Source: Trichoplax adhaerens | Taxonomy: Eukaryota; Animalia; Placozoa | Assembly: GCF_000150275.1 (NCBI RefSeq) | Contig: NW_002060943.1 | Location: 10,138,209 to 10,202,208 of the forward strand | Length of the DNA stretch: 64,000 bases | Direction of reading: 5' to 3' | Shown here: positions 1 to 17,545 of the stretch, piece after piece | Layout: every line of letters begins with the position of its first letter | Numbering within the stretch: position 1 is the first letter of the stretch | Position numbers and translations under genes: made by a program | The notes under the pieces: model-generated | What the model was told of the DNA's origin: nothing | Databases searched by the model: none | The model's input: only the letters and a program-made list of their open reading frames with translations

Positions 1-605
1 TGATAATACCTTGCCTAGATAGTATATTTGGGTGAATCATAATTGACGCCACGTTATAAGATTTAAAAGTGAATGTAAAGTTTGCCTTAATCTTGTTTAC
101 AACTGCGATCTAAGAATACACTCGTACGTTTCTAACCTATCGCTCCAAAAATAAAATAGTCTGCTATCCAAATTGACAGATTTGATATCGAATTATTAGT
201 TACGAACATCATATGAGCAAAACGGTGATTTGATAGTAATCTATGAAGTAAGAAATGTAAGAGATTGCGGCAACCATGTGAATTACTGTGTTATCAATGA
301 TGCCATTGTGCAAAGAATTTATTTGACATCGTAGAGTTGAATAGCTAAAACGAGAAATTAGTTATAAATAAATATTATAATTTATCATCATAACTTAGCA
401 TCTCTTTTAATAGTATGATATCTAAAATGTAGATGTACACAACAATAAATCTGAACATAAAAGAATAATTGTTTAAATTTAAGAAGTACTTCTCAGTATG
501 TTCCAAATTTAAATATGAATATAAATTCAATATGGCTTAATTTTATTTCTCTCTTTTTAACTTATTTACCTCAAATGAAATGCTTTTATTACGTGAAAAA
601 TAAAG

Positions 606-2872
606 CCAATCGTGAGAATGCTGTAACGTATGCTTTCACATCATCAATTATGATGCATGCCTTTATGAAAGAGTGCATCGGTAAACGTTTGGAGTGTACT
701 TGTGATACCAAACCAGTTGGGCCTAAAAGCAATGTCACGAGTTGGAAAGCTTTATGTGTATCTCATTATACTTATAGTATTAACCTAACCAAACTCATTT
801 TGGATAAATCTTTTGAAAACAGTAAAGATTCAAGAGCGCTTATGAATCATCATAATCTTCGGGCTGGTAGAATAGTAAGTACTGTGATTACTATTAACGT
901 TACCCATAATAAGTGAGGATATATCTGCAATTAATAATACTTCATCGGCTAATATATAACGTAAGGCTTCACTTTTATATATTATATTCGTCATCTTAAT
1001 ATTTCGACAAAATATTGGCTTAGTCACGCTAATTTCTAGCACAATTTGTATTTACGGCTTGCAGTAACTTATCGAACAACGTAAGAATCATGATACTGAA
1101 TGTTAGTAGAGAAGTTAATTATGTAAGGATTCTATCCAACTTTGTTAATTTCGGGCTAACGAGAATTGAATCAATCTTATGGCATGCAGTGTATCCAAAT
1201 ACTGCTTAGAAAAGTTGCTTGTGATCGAACACTAGATTTATGAGTAATTTATAGCTTGAGGATACGACTGGCGGCACTGTCCATTTAGTTTACAGTAAGA
1301 GTTTAGCATTAAATTATATAAATATGTATAGAGATAGAGAAAAAGGAATGTATATATAGAATTATACCATAAAAAATGATTCATTTCGTTTAGAAAGTGA
1401 TCTTTGAAGTTCATGTTGATTCGATATATGCGAATACCGGTATTTACATTTATTAATCGATATTATTGATGTAGATATAGATAAATTCGAAAGATTTTCT
1501 GCAAATATGCTAAAACATATGTATTCAACTTTTCTGACTAGTTATAGTAAATACCATAATCAGATCAAGCCAACGCAATTTGATTATTGTCATTATTACC
1601 AAATACATACAGTACATTGTTTATACTGTAGTTATATCAAAAAATTTAGTGTTCCTTGTTTGAATAGGTAAAATCTATTTTGAAGGTCTCTTAAAAATAT
1701 GGATCTCCATTTTTGTGCTGTCTCGACCTTCAATAATATGCTAAATGTAGTTAATAATCATAAATTTCACTCCTTTACATGCATTTAAGTATTTTAAAAT
1801 TTATTTGTAGTATCCTAGTATAATAGCTACATTGTTGTACAGTGATTGGTTACACATTAGCAATTGTGTATCTGAAAGTAACCTTTGATAAACTTTTGGT
1901 TAAATTGTTCTAATAAATAACTTATCTAGAATGTTATCATCTTTAATTTAAATTAAAATCATTTTACATTAATAAGTTACCTTACTTTATATAAGGAGAA
2001 CTGCTATTTGCAATTTAACATTCTAGTTAATCACTCTTATGATTGTAGCATTTATATTATTATGATTGAGTATGTAAATTTATTACGGTATATAGTTCTG
2101 TTTCTCAGTTAAAGAGATTTTGGATCCATTTTCAGAGATAGATGTGTCACATTTTTGTTGCCGCAGTAAAACAAAAAATGAGGGCTAAAAATTGTCTTCG
2201 GATTTGTTAGCCGTTTCTTAATTGACTAAATTGTACTATAAAATTAGTAACATATAGATATTGAGAATTTAGTCAATTTTCTGAATATTTATGAAATAAC
2301 GAAAGTACTATTTACAGTTATGAGTAATAATACGTTAATGCTGTTAATCCTTTTTATAGGCAGTTAAAAGAACATTATATAATGAATGTACTTGTCATGG
2401 AACAAGTGGTAGTTGCCAATTTAAAACATGTTGGCAGAGAGTTGCTTCTCCGTTAAGTATTGGTAACGAAATATATAAACAATATAAAGATGCTCGGTTA
2501 GTACAAGTCGTAAAAGATCAACTAATTAGAAAGAAATCAACTGCTAAATTGGATAATGCGGAAAAAGAATCAAAGCCTGTATCTGCGGGAAAATTAGTTT
2601 ACTTGGAAAGATCTCCTAATTATTGTAATGCCACTATGCCTGACGGTAGTATTTTAACGACTATTGGACGAAATTGTACTCGACAGGGTGAAAGTTTCAA
2701 AAGTTGTAGCCAGTTATGTTTGAAATGCGGCTATAAAGTTAAAAGTGTTACAGTGCCCAAGACAGTACGATGCAATTGTATCTATAATCTGTTTCTTAAA
2801 AATACAGTGAATTGTGAATTATGTTTAAAAAATGTTACTCATAATTGGTGCATACCTTCATCATTCGTTTAA
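606..2872 (+). CDS. Wnt family ligand, 3' part (last two exons, 606-874 and 2360-2872; 5' exons lie outside the window)
   Basis: Exon A reads ANRENAVTYAFTSS..ECIGKRLECTCD..DSRALMNHHNLRAGRI and ends at a GTAAGT donor. Exon B follows a TAG acceptor and reads ECTCHGTSGSCQFKTCW (Wnt signature with the acylated Ser), LVYLERSPNYC and a Cys-rich tail. AATAAA follows at 2873. Subfamily cannot be assigned by eye. Confidence 0.93.
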
Positions 2873-5137
2873 AATAAATAATGCAAGTGTACTGAAGTCT
2901 ATGCGAATAATATATATTCGTTTTAGGGCGAAAGTACTAAATATTATATATCATTATGTACAACATAAATCATTAGGCTTGTAAGACAGGTAAAAAATGA
3001 CAATGATTCAGTTGTATATTAAATAATATAAATTAAATTTCTCCGTCAAATAGTGAAACAGTGCTGGATGCTAAACACGTTAAGTAACTTACTCCAAAGA
3101 TACTTATTATTATACCAGATCTCAAAGAGAATTTGGTAGTGCTGTGACATACTGCATAGATACTCATATGAGTAGATAAAAATTATTCTCTAATTATGAC
3201 TACCCCTGCCTTAATTACCGTTTTTGCTGTATAGTTAAAACAAAATATATATAAATATGTGATGTTGAGTGTTTAATTAATTGTTCTCATGAATGGACTA
3301 TGATGCATGATAAATATCACCAGTGTTGCAAATGTTTTAATTATTGTATATGATAAGTAATTATAATAGTTACTTAATTCGCAAATCGTAATGATTGCAC
3401 CATAAGCTTTCGGTTGTTAAATATTATAATTATGACCGATACTGAAAAGGTATATTGTTGCTAGCTTAATAAAGATCGATGAATTAATCATGATATATCT
3501 GATTTGATGATGTAACCTTCGGCTATGAAATCGTAGAAAAACTTAATATCTTTCCAGCTAATTCTTATAAAATAGTACACCACTGTGAGACATCGTTATT
3601 AGTGATGTTAAAAGAAAGAAATTTTATAGTAGTCTATCTCTTCAGCTAATGCTAAAATTTTTTCGCATTGTCTGGTTAGAAATTTATTACCAGGAATTAC
3701 AATAAATCCTATATTGTGTACGTAATTTTGTCCGAGAGTGCATTTTAATAGTTTTTCTGTTTACTTTTTAATCTTTAAGGTTTGAATACTCTAAATTACC
3801 TTTTATAGTACCAATAATATTGCGCGGGGCTTAATTAAGGGCATGCGAGATGGACGGTTATGGCACTAAATTTAACAATATTCCTTAGAGAAGAATAATC
3901 AACCATTGAGATTATGGAGGGTAAAGTAATTTTAACCGTAAAATTATAATACGAATACTAAAAATCGTTATTTAAAATTTAACGGTCATTACCATACTAT
4001 TTCTATTAAGTTGGATTTATTAGCATTCAGAACGTTAAGCATTGAACATGGTCAATTTAAAATATTTTAGACAACAACAAAAAATATGGTGTTATTCTAA
4101 GGGTAACTTAGAAAAGAAAGGGCAACATCACAGAATCAAAATGTAACTATGTTTGAATGTTCTTTCTACAAGAGTTGGGGGTTTGCCTCTAAAAGATTTT
4201 TTAAACTCTGACACGTATAGCAATTATTACAACTGCGCTTTATACCTGTATTAATATACCCTTACGATATCAGAAAGATACAGCTAAACGAAAGCATAAA
4301 TATCATTAGACAAATTTTATTCCAGCAGAAATAACTATCAATAAGCTCATAACCTATGCTTATTTACTTGAACCACTGTTACTAGTGGTATGTTGGCTAA
4401 ATGTTACATACGATAACAATTCTTAACAGTACATTATTCTTAACTCTGTGCACACTCTAACAATATTCAACTATAAATAAAACAATAATAGTCACTATAA
4501 AATGTATAAACAATACCTTTGCAAACAGCTTTAAATTATATAATTAGGATAAAGGTTTTAGTTACAAAGCCTAAAATTATGGAATATGGTTTAATATCGG
4601 TGTGATATTAAACGTATCGAAATCATACTCGCAAACATAGCTAAAAACTTAAAAATGCTAGGACTGCAGGAATAATACGTGTAACCTAACTTTTAAAATT
4701 AATATGACGCTTTATCTCTTCATGACAGGACTGCGATAACAACTACTTGCAAAACGTCCCTTTCAACATTGCATGAGAATTCTGTAATACAGCAGACAAA
4801 AATTAAGTTTGGATAGCGATATGATATATATATATATATATACGAGTATGTACACTATAATTACTTATTTCTAAATCACACGTTTCATAAATCTTAAAGC
4901 ATAAGAAACATTTCTTATAAATCTAGAGCTAATTGGACAGTTTCTCTTTTTAAACACCTTATCAATAGCGTTTCATTACGTAAACTTCCAAGTATCATGG
5001 ACAGGTTAAGATATCTACGCTGATGAATTTATCCGATATATTGTAGTAAAGCTAACTAGAAATCTGACTGGGATAGTAAATATCAATCTCAAATTTTAAC
5101 TATTGCATAAATTAATTTTAGTTTATCATATCAAAGT

Positions 5138-8100
5138 TCAAGAGTTTCCATTTTGTCGTACAGCAATCCTTTTCGCCATTAGATCCTTAACCAAAACACT
5201 TGCTCTCTCACTCGACGATGCCTTTGATGTAGTGCTAGAGCCGGATGTAGCGGGGGGTGTTGGTCGACTGGCACTGGTAGTTGTAGCTGGAGGTGATGTA
5301 GGTGTTGGTGTATTTGCACTAGTAGTGCCAGCACTTCCACCAGCGCCCGATTTTTTGTTGAGTAAACTGCTGAAGAAATTTGCTAAAACGCCTTCGCTCG
5401 ATCCAGCAGCTGCTCCAGCTTTAGCAGTATCTCCCTAGCGAAATGAAATTAATTCCTAATAAGAATCCGGTACATCTTAGAGTTTTATGATCAAATATTG
5501 CTAGACTGTACCGGTTTCTTCATCAGGGCTGATAGCGCAGTTTTGTTAGTGGTTGCCCCAGCTGTTGATCCAATTGCAAGTGGTACTTTTGGTGCTGCAG
5601 AAGATAAGTTGGTTCTCGGTGATTGACCACCGGCGCGAGGGGATATGCTAGCAGCTGATGCAACTTTAGCCGCTATTGTGGATCCCACAGTATCTGCCTG
5701 TAACGTAATATTAAAACTATAAAGTTTAACTTCCGACGTATCTACAAGGGTATCTGAAAAATGGCATATTTAAAGTTTACTTACAGAGTTGTTTCCGGCT
5801 GTAGCAGCGTTAGTAATAGCAGTAGAAGTAGCGGCAGACACACCACCGACAGCTGCTGCTCCTAATGGAGGCCTGTTGAGTAGAGAAGCTACCGATGGCT
5901 TTGCTACGCCTAGGATAGACTGAAGCGTAATAAAAACTAGTATTAAAGTCCTTTTAGAAAGCAATAATGCAGACAAACTGTTTATACCTGCTGCTTAGAT
6001 AAAAATATCTGGTCATCTTCTGCTACAACTTGAACAGACTCGCTTATAGCCTTATTTTAGAATTAGATGTTATTGTTTGTTTCTAAAAATTATAAATCAA
6101 TTAACAAGAAATCGTTAATTCTAGTGTACCTTCGTTGATGGAGGCTTTATGATACGTTCTTCATATGCGTCATCAGGAGAAAAGTATTTCATGTGCTCAT
6201 ATAAGATTCCAATCTTCTTCATGGTATCCCAACCGGAAGGTCTTTAACGAAAATATATAAGTAACTATAGGTACTGTTGATATTTATAAATCCAGTAATA
6301 TTGTGCAAATTACATGAATATAGTATCTTTCTCCACCACAGAGGCCGGATACTTAAAGGAGAACCCATATAGTCTATGCAATAAGTATCGTAGTAATATA
6401 TCCACGTTTTTCTTTTCCTTAAGCGTCGTATAGGCTAGCGTAGCACCGTCTGATTTTGGAATCACAGTTAAGAATAATAAAATAAAACTTAATAGTAGAA
6501 GAACAATCACATTTCTTCAGGTGTAACTAGGAAGGATACAAGAAAGGCAGAATTTTCTTAGATGTTGCTGGATGAAATCAAAGTGTTCGTCTATATAATC
6601 GTGATTTTTTTCCAGTGCAGGGAAAGTATCCGACTAAAAGTCATTATAATTATATATAATTAATCCTCACTATGTAGCTGTCAATATTTTATGGTAGAAT
6701 AAGATTCCGGAAAGATTCAAAAATTATATTAATTTCGTTACAACTGATGAATATTAGTATTAGTAACCTTGGTACCGACGACAATCAACGGGATGCCTAG
6801 ATTCGAATCCAGTATACCTTCGCCAAGTGGTAGATATACTTTTTCTTCTTCTTTTAGGGATTTATCAGCATCATCTGCCACTTCAGAATATCCTTGGAAT
6901 TGATTTACAACTATTGAAAGGTAAAATCATGCTAATTAAAGATTTTTAATGATAGTTCAAATTCTTTCCGTGGGCTACGTTAAAATCTATCTCCGCTTAC
7001 ACTAAAAATTTAAAGCAAACTAAAGGACAAGATGGAAGGATCTAGTTCAACATGCTACTTTTCTGTACTTACTGTTACTTTTCATTTCTTCTATTACATT
7101 TTTATCGATATTCAGTGACTGCATATGTTCTTTTAAAACTTTTGTCCAACCAGTGAGGCACGACATCACCTCCCAAGGTCTAGATAAGTCAACTACTAGA
7201 ACGACTGCTGTATCACGCAAATTATCATTGTTAATAGCAAATTTGAGCAAAGATTTATGTTCGGCATTCCCATGTAGGATCCATACACCAAAGCGATATA
7301 TCTCTATTTTATGAAGTAAAAAGTAATTTAAGTACATAAACTATAAATAGATATGATTCCTGATTTTCAAATTAATAAAACGTATGATTAAGGAAAGAAG
7401 CATTTCAATTTGTTTCTGAGTAAAACAATGATAGCACTGAATGCATAAATTCAAGTATAAATAGTCGTTCTTATGATCATTGAAGTAAAATAATACTGAG
7501 AGAAAATAAATTCTGAATACGTTATTAGTACTTTTAGCATCGATCGCCTTTTATCGATATACCGTATGGAGTCTTTTAATTGTTCAGTGTGTTATTACCA
7601 TTGAAAAGTTTTACAATCTCTAATCTTAAATCTTGATTAATGTAGAGTAAATATAAATCTATAATCTGTTGATATTTATATCATACGCCATTTTTTTAGA
7701 AACCTAATACAAATGTTCAACACATTCGTATTCTACTAGTAAAGTGTAATGTTAAATAACTACTCGTATAGTCATTGTCAACCAAGATATTTTTAGCAAG
7801 ACAGACGATTCTGTTTTAGTTCAGACGACTATCAACGATCTAATAACGTATAAAAGCAATAATATCTAGCTGAGTTTACTACTTTTATCGTATGCTAATG
7901 CTATTGTCTTGGAAGAACATATAGCTTTTGATATATTAATCAGAAATAAGAATATGATAGTTAGGTAAAAGATACGCGAAAGTAGCTAGCTCTTACCGTC
8001 ACTGTCTTCGTCATCAACATCGATATATCGATAATCCAAGCCCGAACAATGATATTTTTCTTTCTCTTCTATGTTTTTCATACGACTAATTAAAGTGGAT

Positions 8101-9834
8101 TTTCCGCTACCATCATGACCTAATAATGTTAAGTTGTTAAATCTTAATATTTATTAAACAGTGGCAGTTATTCAGGCGAAAAATCTACAAACATCTCCGT
8201 TCGAAAGGATGGTTGTAAGTGTAATAACTGCCCCAAGGTAAAAACGGTGGTACTACTGTACTCGTTCTAATGTTTCGTATAGAAAATACCGGTACTAACC
8301 CATGCAAAGAATATTCTAGCAACTGTCGATAGAAGAATTATGACGTTCATGGTCTTTCATTGAAAACAAAGTTTGTCGATGTTGCGATTTTTAGACCGAT
8401 AAAGCATAATATCCTGTAAAGTATGTGATGCTACGATTGAGATGTATAGGGTCTTATATCTCTATAGGTGCTATAAGTTATTTACTATTTCTAGGAAACT
8501 AAAGACTATAACATCTAAAATGGGGTAAAATATATATGGAATAAATAAATAAAATTAGAACAAGAGAATTTTAAACTTTAACAACAGTTGTTGTACCATA
8601 AGTACAATAATTCAACTTTAATATACTTTACTGTATATACTCGTACAGCAGTGCAAGGAGTACAATATCAGTAAATTATTGCACTATACTTTATGAAGTT
8701 AGTAAGCCACGACTTGATAATACACTAATAGTTGAGTCGAAATGTCTTAATACAAGCAATTCCGTGCTATTCGTCTTGCGTAATGCTATAAAGCTAAGAT
8801 TTGTGGGACTCTATAAGCGTGTGGAGTATTTTGGCAACTACCTAGTACAGCTTATAAACTATATTTCAGTCAATTTTCACGTAGTTTATAACGAACGTAC
8901 AAATTACAGCTATTCGTCGTTTGTCTCTTACTACTGCTGCGTGGTATAATATGAAATTTACAGTTAATCTTAGCAAATTTCTTATCTATGATCTATAATA
9001 TCCGACAATCTACATTATTTTTCTACTCAATGAATGTAACGATGCAGTGAGAGTCCCATACAGTACTCATAATTAGACAACACTTGTAGCTAGTTGTCAT
9101 ACCATAGCCGAAAAGATGAAAACAAACAAACTTTGTTGTGGCATTAATGTTCCAGGCAGAATAACATATCTTTATGGTTTGTAACAGGTAATAAATAACC
9201 CTTTCATCATTAATCCGTTATTGATCACAAAAGTTAAAAAGGATATTTTCGTTTGGTTGATCCTAGCGAAATCCTTCATTATGATTGTCAATTGCAGCTG
9301 CGACATTTGACATACTACAGCACTGTACTCTGTGTGCAGTATGATTCTACTAAGCTATACAGTACAATACTGCACAGTCTAGGCTACAGTATACTGTAAA
9401 GTACAGTAGTACAGTATACTATACCAATATTGAAAAATTAAATCGCAAAATTTTTCGACATTTCAGGTGCTACTAAATTTATTTTTTCTATGATAACGAT
9501 TTTCCAGATTGCATTGTAGATATGGCAAAATCCATAAGCAAACGGGAAGATATCAACATGTACAAATAAAATACTATCACCGTATATAATCCAACTAGCG
9601 TACTTACCAACAACCAATACTGATTTGTTGCCAGATAATTTTGTTTTTGATGCATCTAATACCTCGCCTAAGATAGCAGACCTATTATGACGGTTTCAGA
9701 AAGATTATTTAACTGTGAGTAAAGTCTTTTTTCAACATCAATTAAAAATTAAAAATTTTGCCAGTTATCTACCACAAGTCTTCATGTTCAGCAAATGATT
9801 TATTTCTATCCGCTTGTTCTACTACCAACGCCAT
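5138..9834 (-). CDS. DYNC1LI: Cytoplasmic dynein 1 light intermediate chain, 12 exons (9773-9834, 9608-9681, 7997-8119, 7073-7303, 6768-6910, 6540-6633, 6314-6449, 6130-6241, 5988-6050, 5785-5919, 5512-5697, 5138-5434)
   Basis: LWSAILGEV, P-loop [63 protein letters not shown] and the adaptor-binding helix [15 protein letters not shown]. All junctions are GT-AG and phase-consistent. Confidence 0.95.
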
Positions 9835-9877
9835 TCCTACGAATTTCTTGTAACGAATTTGCCTACACTTGACAGTG

Positions 9878-10290
9878 TAAGTACTAGTACTATAAACGTA
9901 CAGTAGTCTAGTTCGATACAGTACGGTACCGTACCGTACAGTACTGTACTGTAATTAGAAATTGTACATACTGTACTGTACAAATATCCACCCACCTTAC
10001 AGTACTGTACAGTACACAGTAATGCATACTGTACTAGGGGTTACAGCCGTGCAAATTATTTCGTTCCGATCTCTACAGCACAGTGTGCAGTGCACACCAG
10101 TGCCCTACACTGTACTGTACACTGTACAGTACAGTACAGCACGTATTCGGTATTTATACTGTACAGTACTGTACTGTAGCTACGGAGCTTGTACTATAAG
10201 TTTCAGATGGACAGAAAAAGCCGTCTGCATTCAACTGTACTAGTGACAGTCTAGTGTACTGTACACCGTGTACAGGGTAACGGTACAGCA
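9878..10290. repeat. (TACAG/CTGTA)n degenerate pentamer array upstream of DYNC1LI
   Basis: Repeated TACAG/CTGTA units with strand flips at TGTACA and AGTACT, starting about 45 nt upstream of the ATG at 9834. Confidence 0.85.
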
Positions 10291-10599
10291 AGAAAGAAAG
10301 AAAAAATCTTAAACCCCATGGGCCATGGCACACAAGATACTGTACAAGTATGAATAGTTTTAAGATAAAGTTACCAGTTTGCAATCTTCTTGGCATTTAT
10401 CATAATAGTTATTTAGCATTTACGATCTTTGTTAAACTTACTTTGATGCCACTGTATTTCCACTCTACAGTACTCTATAGTGATGAATTAGTTTTCATAT
10501 TAGCGTATTTTACAAGCAGCTAATGTATGGGTTTAACTGAATCAATGACTCATAAAATTGGGTTCAATGAATGTTGAGCACATAGAGGTACGCCTGAAC

Positions 10600-10630
10600 C
10601 ATGAACTACTAAAAGACCAAGTAGTCCATG
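10600..10630. mobile_element. Tiny TIR element (MITE-like remnant): CATGAACTACT...AGTAGTCCATG
   Basis: 11-bp imperfect terminal inverted repeat flanked by the direct repeat gCCTGAAC (10592-10599) / aCCTGAAC (10631-10638). Confidence 0.5.
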
Positions 10631-11502
10631 ACCTGAACATATAGATAAAAAAATTATAAACTGAACGAGAAGGGGTAATAAGGCACTGACATCTGACTTG
10701 TAAATGTAACGACTTTTCCCTTAAATTCTATGGGTCTGACGTACAGTTAACTTACGCGTTGCACCTTTTTATCCCTGATTCACTGTACTGTAACAGTACT
10801 TCGATACAATAAAGTCGATAATGACTGAAGTTTTTCCCAGATTTCAATTTTTGGCGTACATTTGGATATTGTAATCAAGGATTTGCAATTTTTCGCCTTA
10901 TTGAAGCACTTGCCCGTAGCAATAGCATTGCTTTTTTACAAGCTAAACTTATGGGATTCTTTTACTAACTTTTTTATGGTTTAGTACTCTAGTCAACACG
11001 AATTATGTAACAACTGTTAGTGTAATTCTATTCAAGTACGAAATATTTCGTCTCCAATTTATCTACTTAGTACCCAAATAACTGTTAGCGATCACCTGGC
11101 GTGGATATAACTAGATGTAACACTTTACATGGTAGCACGTTGTCATGCTGTTGACTCATTGTAGAAATTGACCAGCATATGCGTTTCCGATTCTGGGATC
11201 AATAGTTAGTTAATCAACGTTAAACGTAATTGAATGATTCATAGGTTATCTTTATCTGTGCTTAAGGGTTAATCACTCCATTGTAAATTAATAGACACAA
11301 TAATTAGGTGCTAAGGGGAGTTTATGCCATTTTATACTGCATGCATGAATTAAATAACGATTTTAATTACGTATTGAAGCAATCTTTTAATACATTGTAT
11401 GTACCCAAACATAAGATAACCACCTTAATTGTTGCATATCGCTACAAACAGATGCATCAAAGAATCTTTAGGCATTATCAAATTTCTAATTCTATCTAAC
11501 GA

Positions 11503-13183
<1,681 letters not shown>

Positions 13184-13399
13184 TTTGATGAGATTAAAAA
13201 GGTTGAAAAATAACGATTGCTAAAGGTGACTTAAACAGATCAAAATGACCAGCTACCAAGATGGCTACCACTTTGAAAAGCGTGCGTGCACTTTCCCAGA
13301 ATGCACTTCGGCAATATGTGCAGTACCTCTGGACCGTTTCTGATATGGACCAGGATGCATCGCTGCACGCTTATCGTGTAACGGCTTTCGTACTTAATA

Positions 13400-13780
13400 A
13401 ATACAGTACTGTACTGTACACTGTACTGTACACTAGTGTACAGTACTGTACAGCCAACGACCGCTACAGTACTGTACAGTACAGTACTAGTAGTCTTTGG
13501 TACGGTACTGTACTGTACAGTACAGTACTGTAATATCGATTTTGGGCCACCATAGATTACTGTACTGTACAGTAGAGTACACTGTACTGTACTGTACTGT
13601 ACTGTACGCTGTATGAATTCTACTGTACAGTAGTACAGTACTGTACAGTACAGTACAGTCCCACGGTTACGGTTAGAGGTCAACATGTGTACTGTACTGT
13701 ACTGTACAGTACAGTACAGTACAGTATTATACAGTACACTGTACAGTACAATAGTGTACATACTGTACAGTACAGTACAT
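13400..13780. repeat. (TACAG/CTGTA)n array, left half of the ATP5MC divergent intergenic region
   Basis: Dense pentamer runs, e.g. actgtactgtactgtactgtactgtac at 13581-13607. Confidence 0.9.
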
Positions 13781-13869
13781 CTAATGATCTGAACGTAAAG
13801 TATATGCGCACGAGCAGAAGCACGTAATATTGCATAAATTTGCGAATGACTTAATATTACCGGTCTACT

Positions 13870-13968
13870 GATCGATCCAGCGTCTGTTAACAGCTATGAA
13901 TACATCGCTGGAATGGCTTACATGATTAGGGTTAGGGTCAAGAGCTGTTAACAGACGCTGGATCGATC
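13870..13968. repeat. Perfect 26-bp inverted repeat with a 47-nt loop containing TTAGGGTTAGGG
   Basis: GATCGATCCAGCGTCTGTTAACAGCT (13870-13895) and its exact reverse complement (13943-13968). Confidence 0.92.
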
Positions 13969-14134
13969 TGCTACAATACTGTGGTGAAAAATTCGAGAAG
14001 TCCCTGCGTATAGCACCATTAGTGCCATTCAGTTGGTAACTGTTATTTTTTCAGATATACATTATGAAAGTTATGGACCACTAGAACCCCGGTGCTACGG
14101 TGCTACTACTGTTCGTTATACTGTTCACTGTTCA

Positions 14135-14525
14135 CTCCGTACTGTACTGTACAGTCATGACGATGACTGCAATCATGAGTTACCCGTGTTACAGCAGCTG
14201 TATTTTAGTAGACTCGTCAACTAAAAAGATCAGTGTCAAGGAGATTTTTTGAATTTACTGTACACTGTACAGTACTGTACTGTACACTACAGTTCGCCGG
14301 GAAATGTGTCGCCCTTAAAAACAGCACATCCTACTACTGTAGACACAGTACTGTACTGTACTGTCCTGTACTACTGTACTGTACACTCAGTGTACAGTGT
14401 ACACCATACCTCACAGTACTGTACCATAATCCGACCGATACCCGTAATACCCGTAATAAAGTACTGTACAGTACACTTTACAGTACAGTACCGTAAGCCT
14501 GTACCGTACAGGACTCCATACAGTA
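14135..14525. repeat. (TACAG/CTGTA)n array, right half of the ATP5MC divergent intergenic region
   Basis: Pentamer runs ending about 120 nt before the ATG at 14641. Confidence 0.88.
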
Positions 14526-14640
14526 TGACATTGTAATGATTGGTAGCTTGCAATTTCTAAATACAACCTTTATGAGGTGATTGCATCAGCTCGTCGACAC
14601 ACTCGTATTCCGTGGTTACGTGAAGACACCATATGCGAAA

Positions 14641-16891
<2,251 letters not shown>

Positions 16892-17131
16892 ACATCTGAC
16901 TTAAAAAGGAATCGATGAATAGTGATTTATATTAATTACTATTAGACATCAGGGATTCTTAGCCAATTAACTATTATTATGATATTAATAGAAATCTGCT
17001 ATATACTGTTTAATGATTTCTATCTTTAATAACTCTTAATTATATAGAATAATGCTAGTAGTACATAGTTAATTGATGTAATAAGATATGCAGATCTTCT
17101 TGACCTACATTGCAATAAATCGTCGCGTTAT

Positions 17132-17133
<2 letters not shown>

Positions 17134-17162
<29 letters not shown>
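17134..17162. repeat. (TA)n microsatellite
   Basis: About 14 TA units. Shorter runs occur near 4825-4842 and 23767-23780. Confidence 0.85.
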
Positions 17163-17181
17163 CTCTAGCTACATTTAGTAA

Positions 17182-17545
17182 TCAATTGCTATACGGAGGA
17201 CGGCAGGAGGCGATTCCAGAACTTGAAGTCTTAGTGGATATCTTAACGGGTACTACTTTTGCTTTAATAGTTCCTGGTCCTAGCTTAAAGTTTGTCCTTA
17301 CCTGTGCACAGTTAAAAGTTAAAGTTATCAGACAGTACCGTAAAGGCATTGTAGCTCCCATTCAAGGATGAGAGCAGTAATTTAATTTATGTATATTATA
17401 TAGAATTATATGGACAGCTTCATCACTGCACAGTATACACTATCTGTAAGTTATTCAGCATGTTAACATGAATATGTACCGGAATCAGAGTTGCACAAAA
17501 ATGACTATGGTAATCATAAGAGGTAAAAGGAAACCCAGCCTCCAT
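17182..17545 (-). CDS. Candidate two-exon 61-aa microprotein of unknown family (17480-17545, 17182-17301)
   Basis: Start context aagATGg, donor CCG|GTACAT, acceptor taactttaacttttaactgtgcacag, phase-0 join giving MEAGFPFTSYDYHSHFCATLIP-VRTNFKLGPGTIKAKVVPVKISTKTSSSGIASCRPPYSN*. Divergent from PIGM across a TACAG array. No homology recognised. Confidence 0.35.

Noticed and set aside
5103-5438. Plus-strand 111-aa ORF (similarly 11429-11781, 18133-18342, 37032-38290)
   Set aside because: Antisense shadows of real coding exons of DYNC1LI, ATP5MC, PIGM and PEPCK.
11363-11378. 16-mer TTAATTACGTATTGAA shared with 36216-36231, both downstream of mitochondria-targeted genes
   Set aside because: A few AT-rich 16-bp matches are expected by chance in 64 kb, and the similarity does not extend.
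13400-14525. CRISPR-like or cas-associated array interpretation of the repeats
   Set aside because: The units are 5-bp degenerate microsatellite-like runs with no constant repeat-spacer structure. The context is eukaryotic and no cas genes are present.
13240-14553. ORFs rich in CTVLY/YSTVQ (also 9962-10396, 29204-29643, 41903-42594, 62783-63187)
   Set aside because: They are translations of the stop-free TACAG/CTGTA pentamer and are open on both strands and in several frames, so they are not credible proteins.
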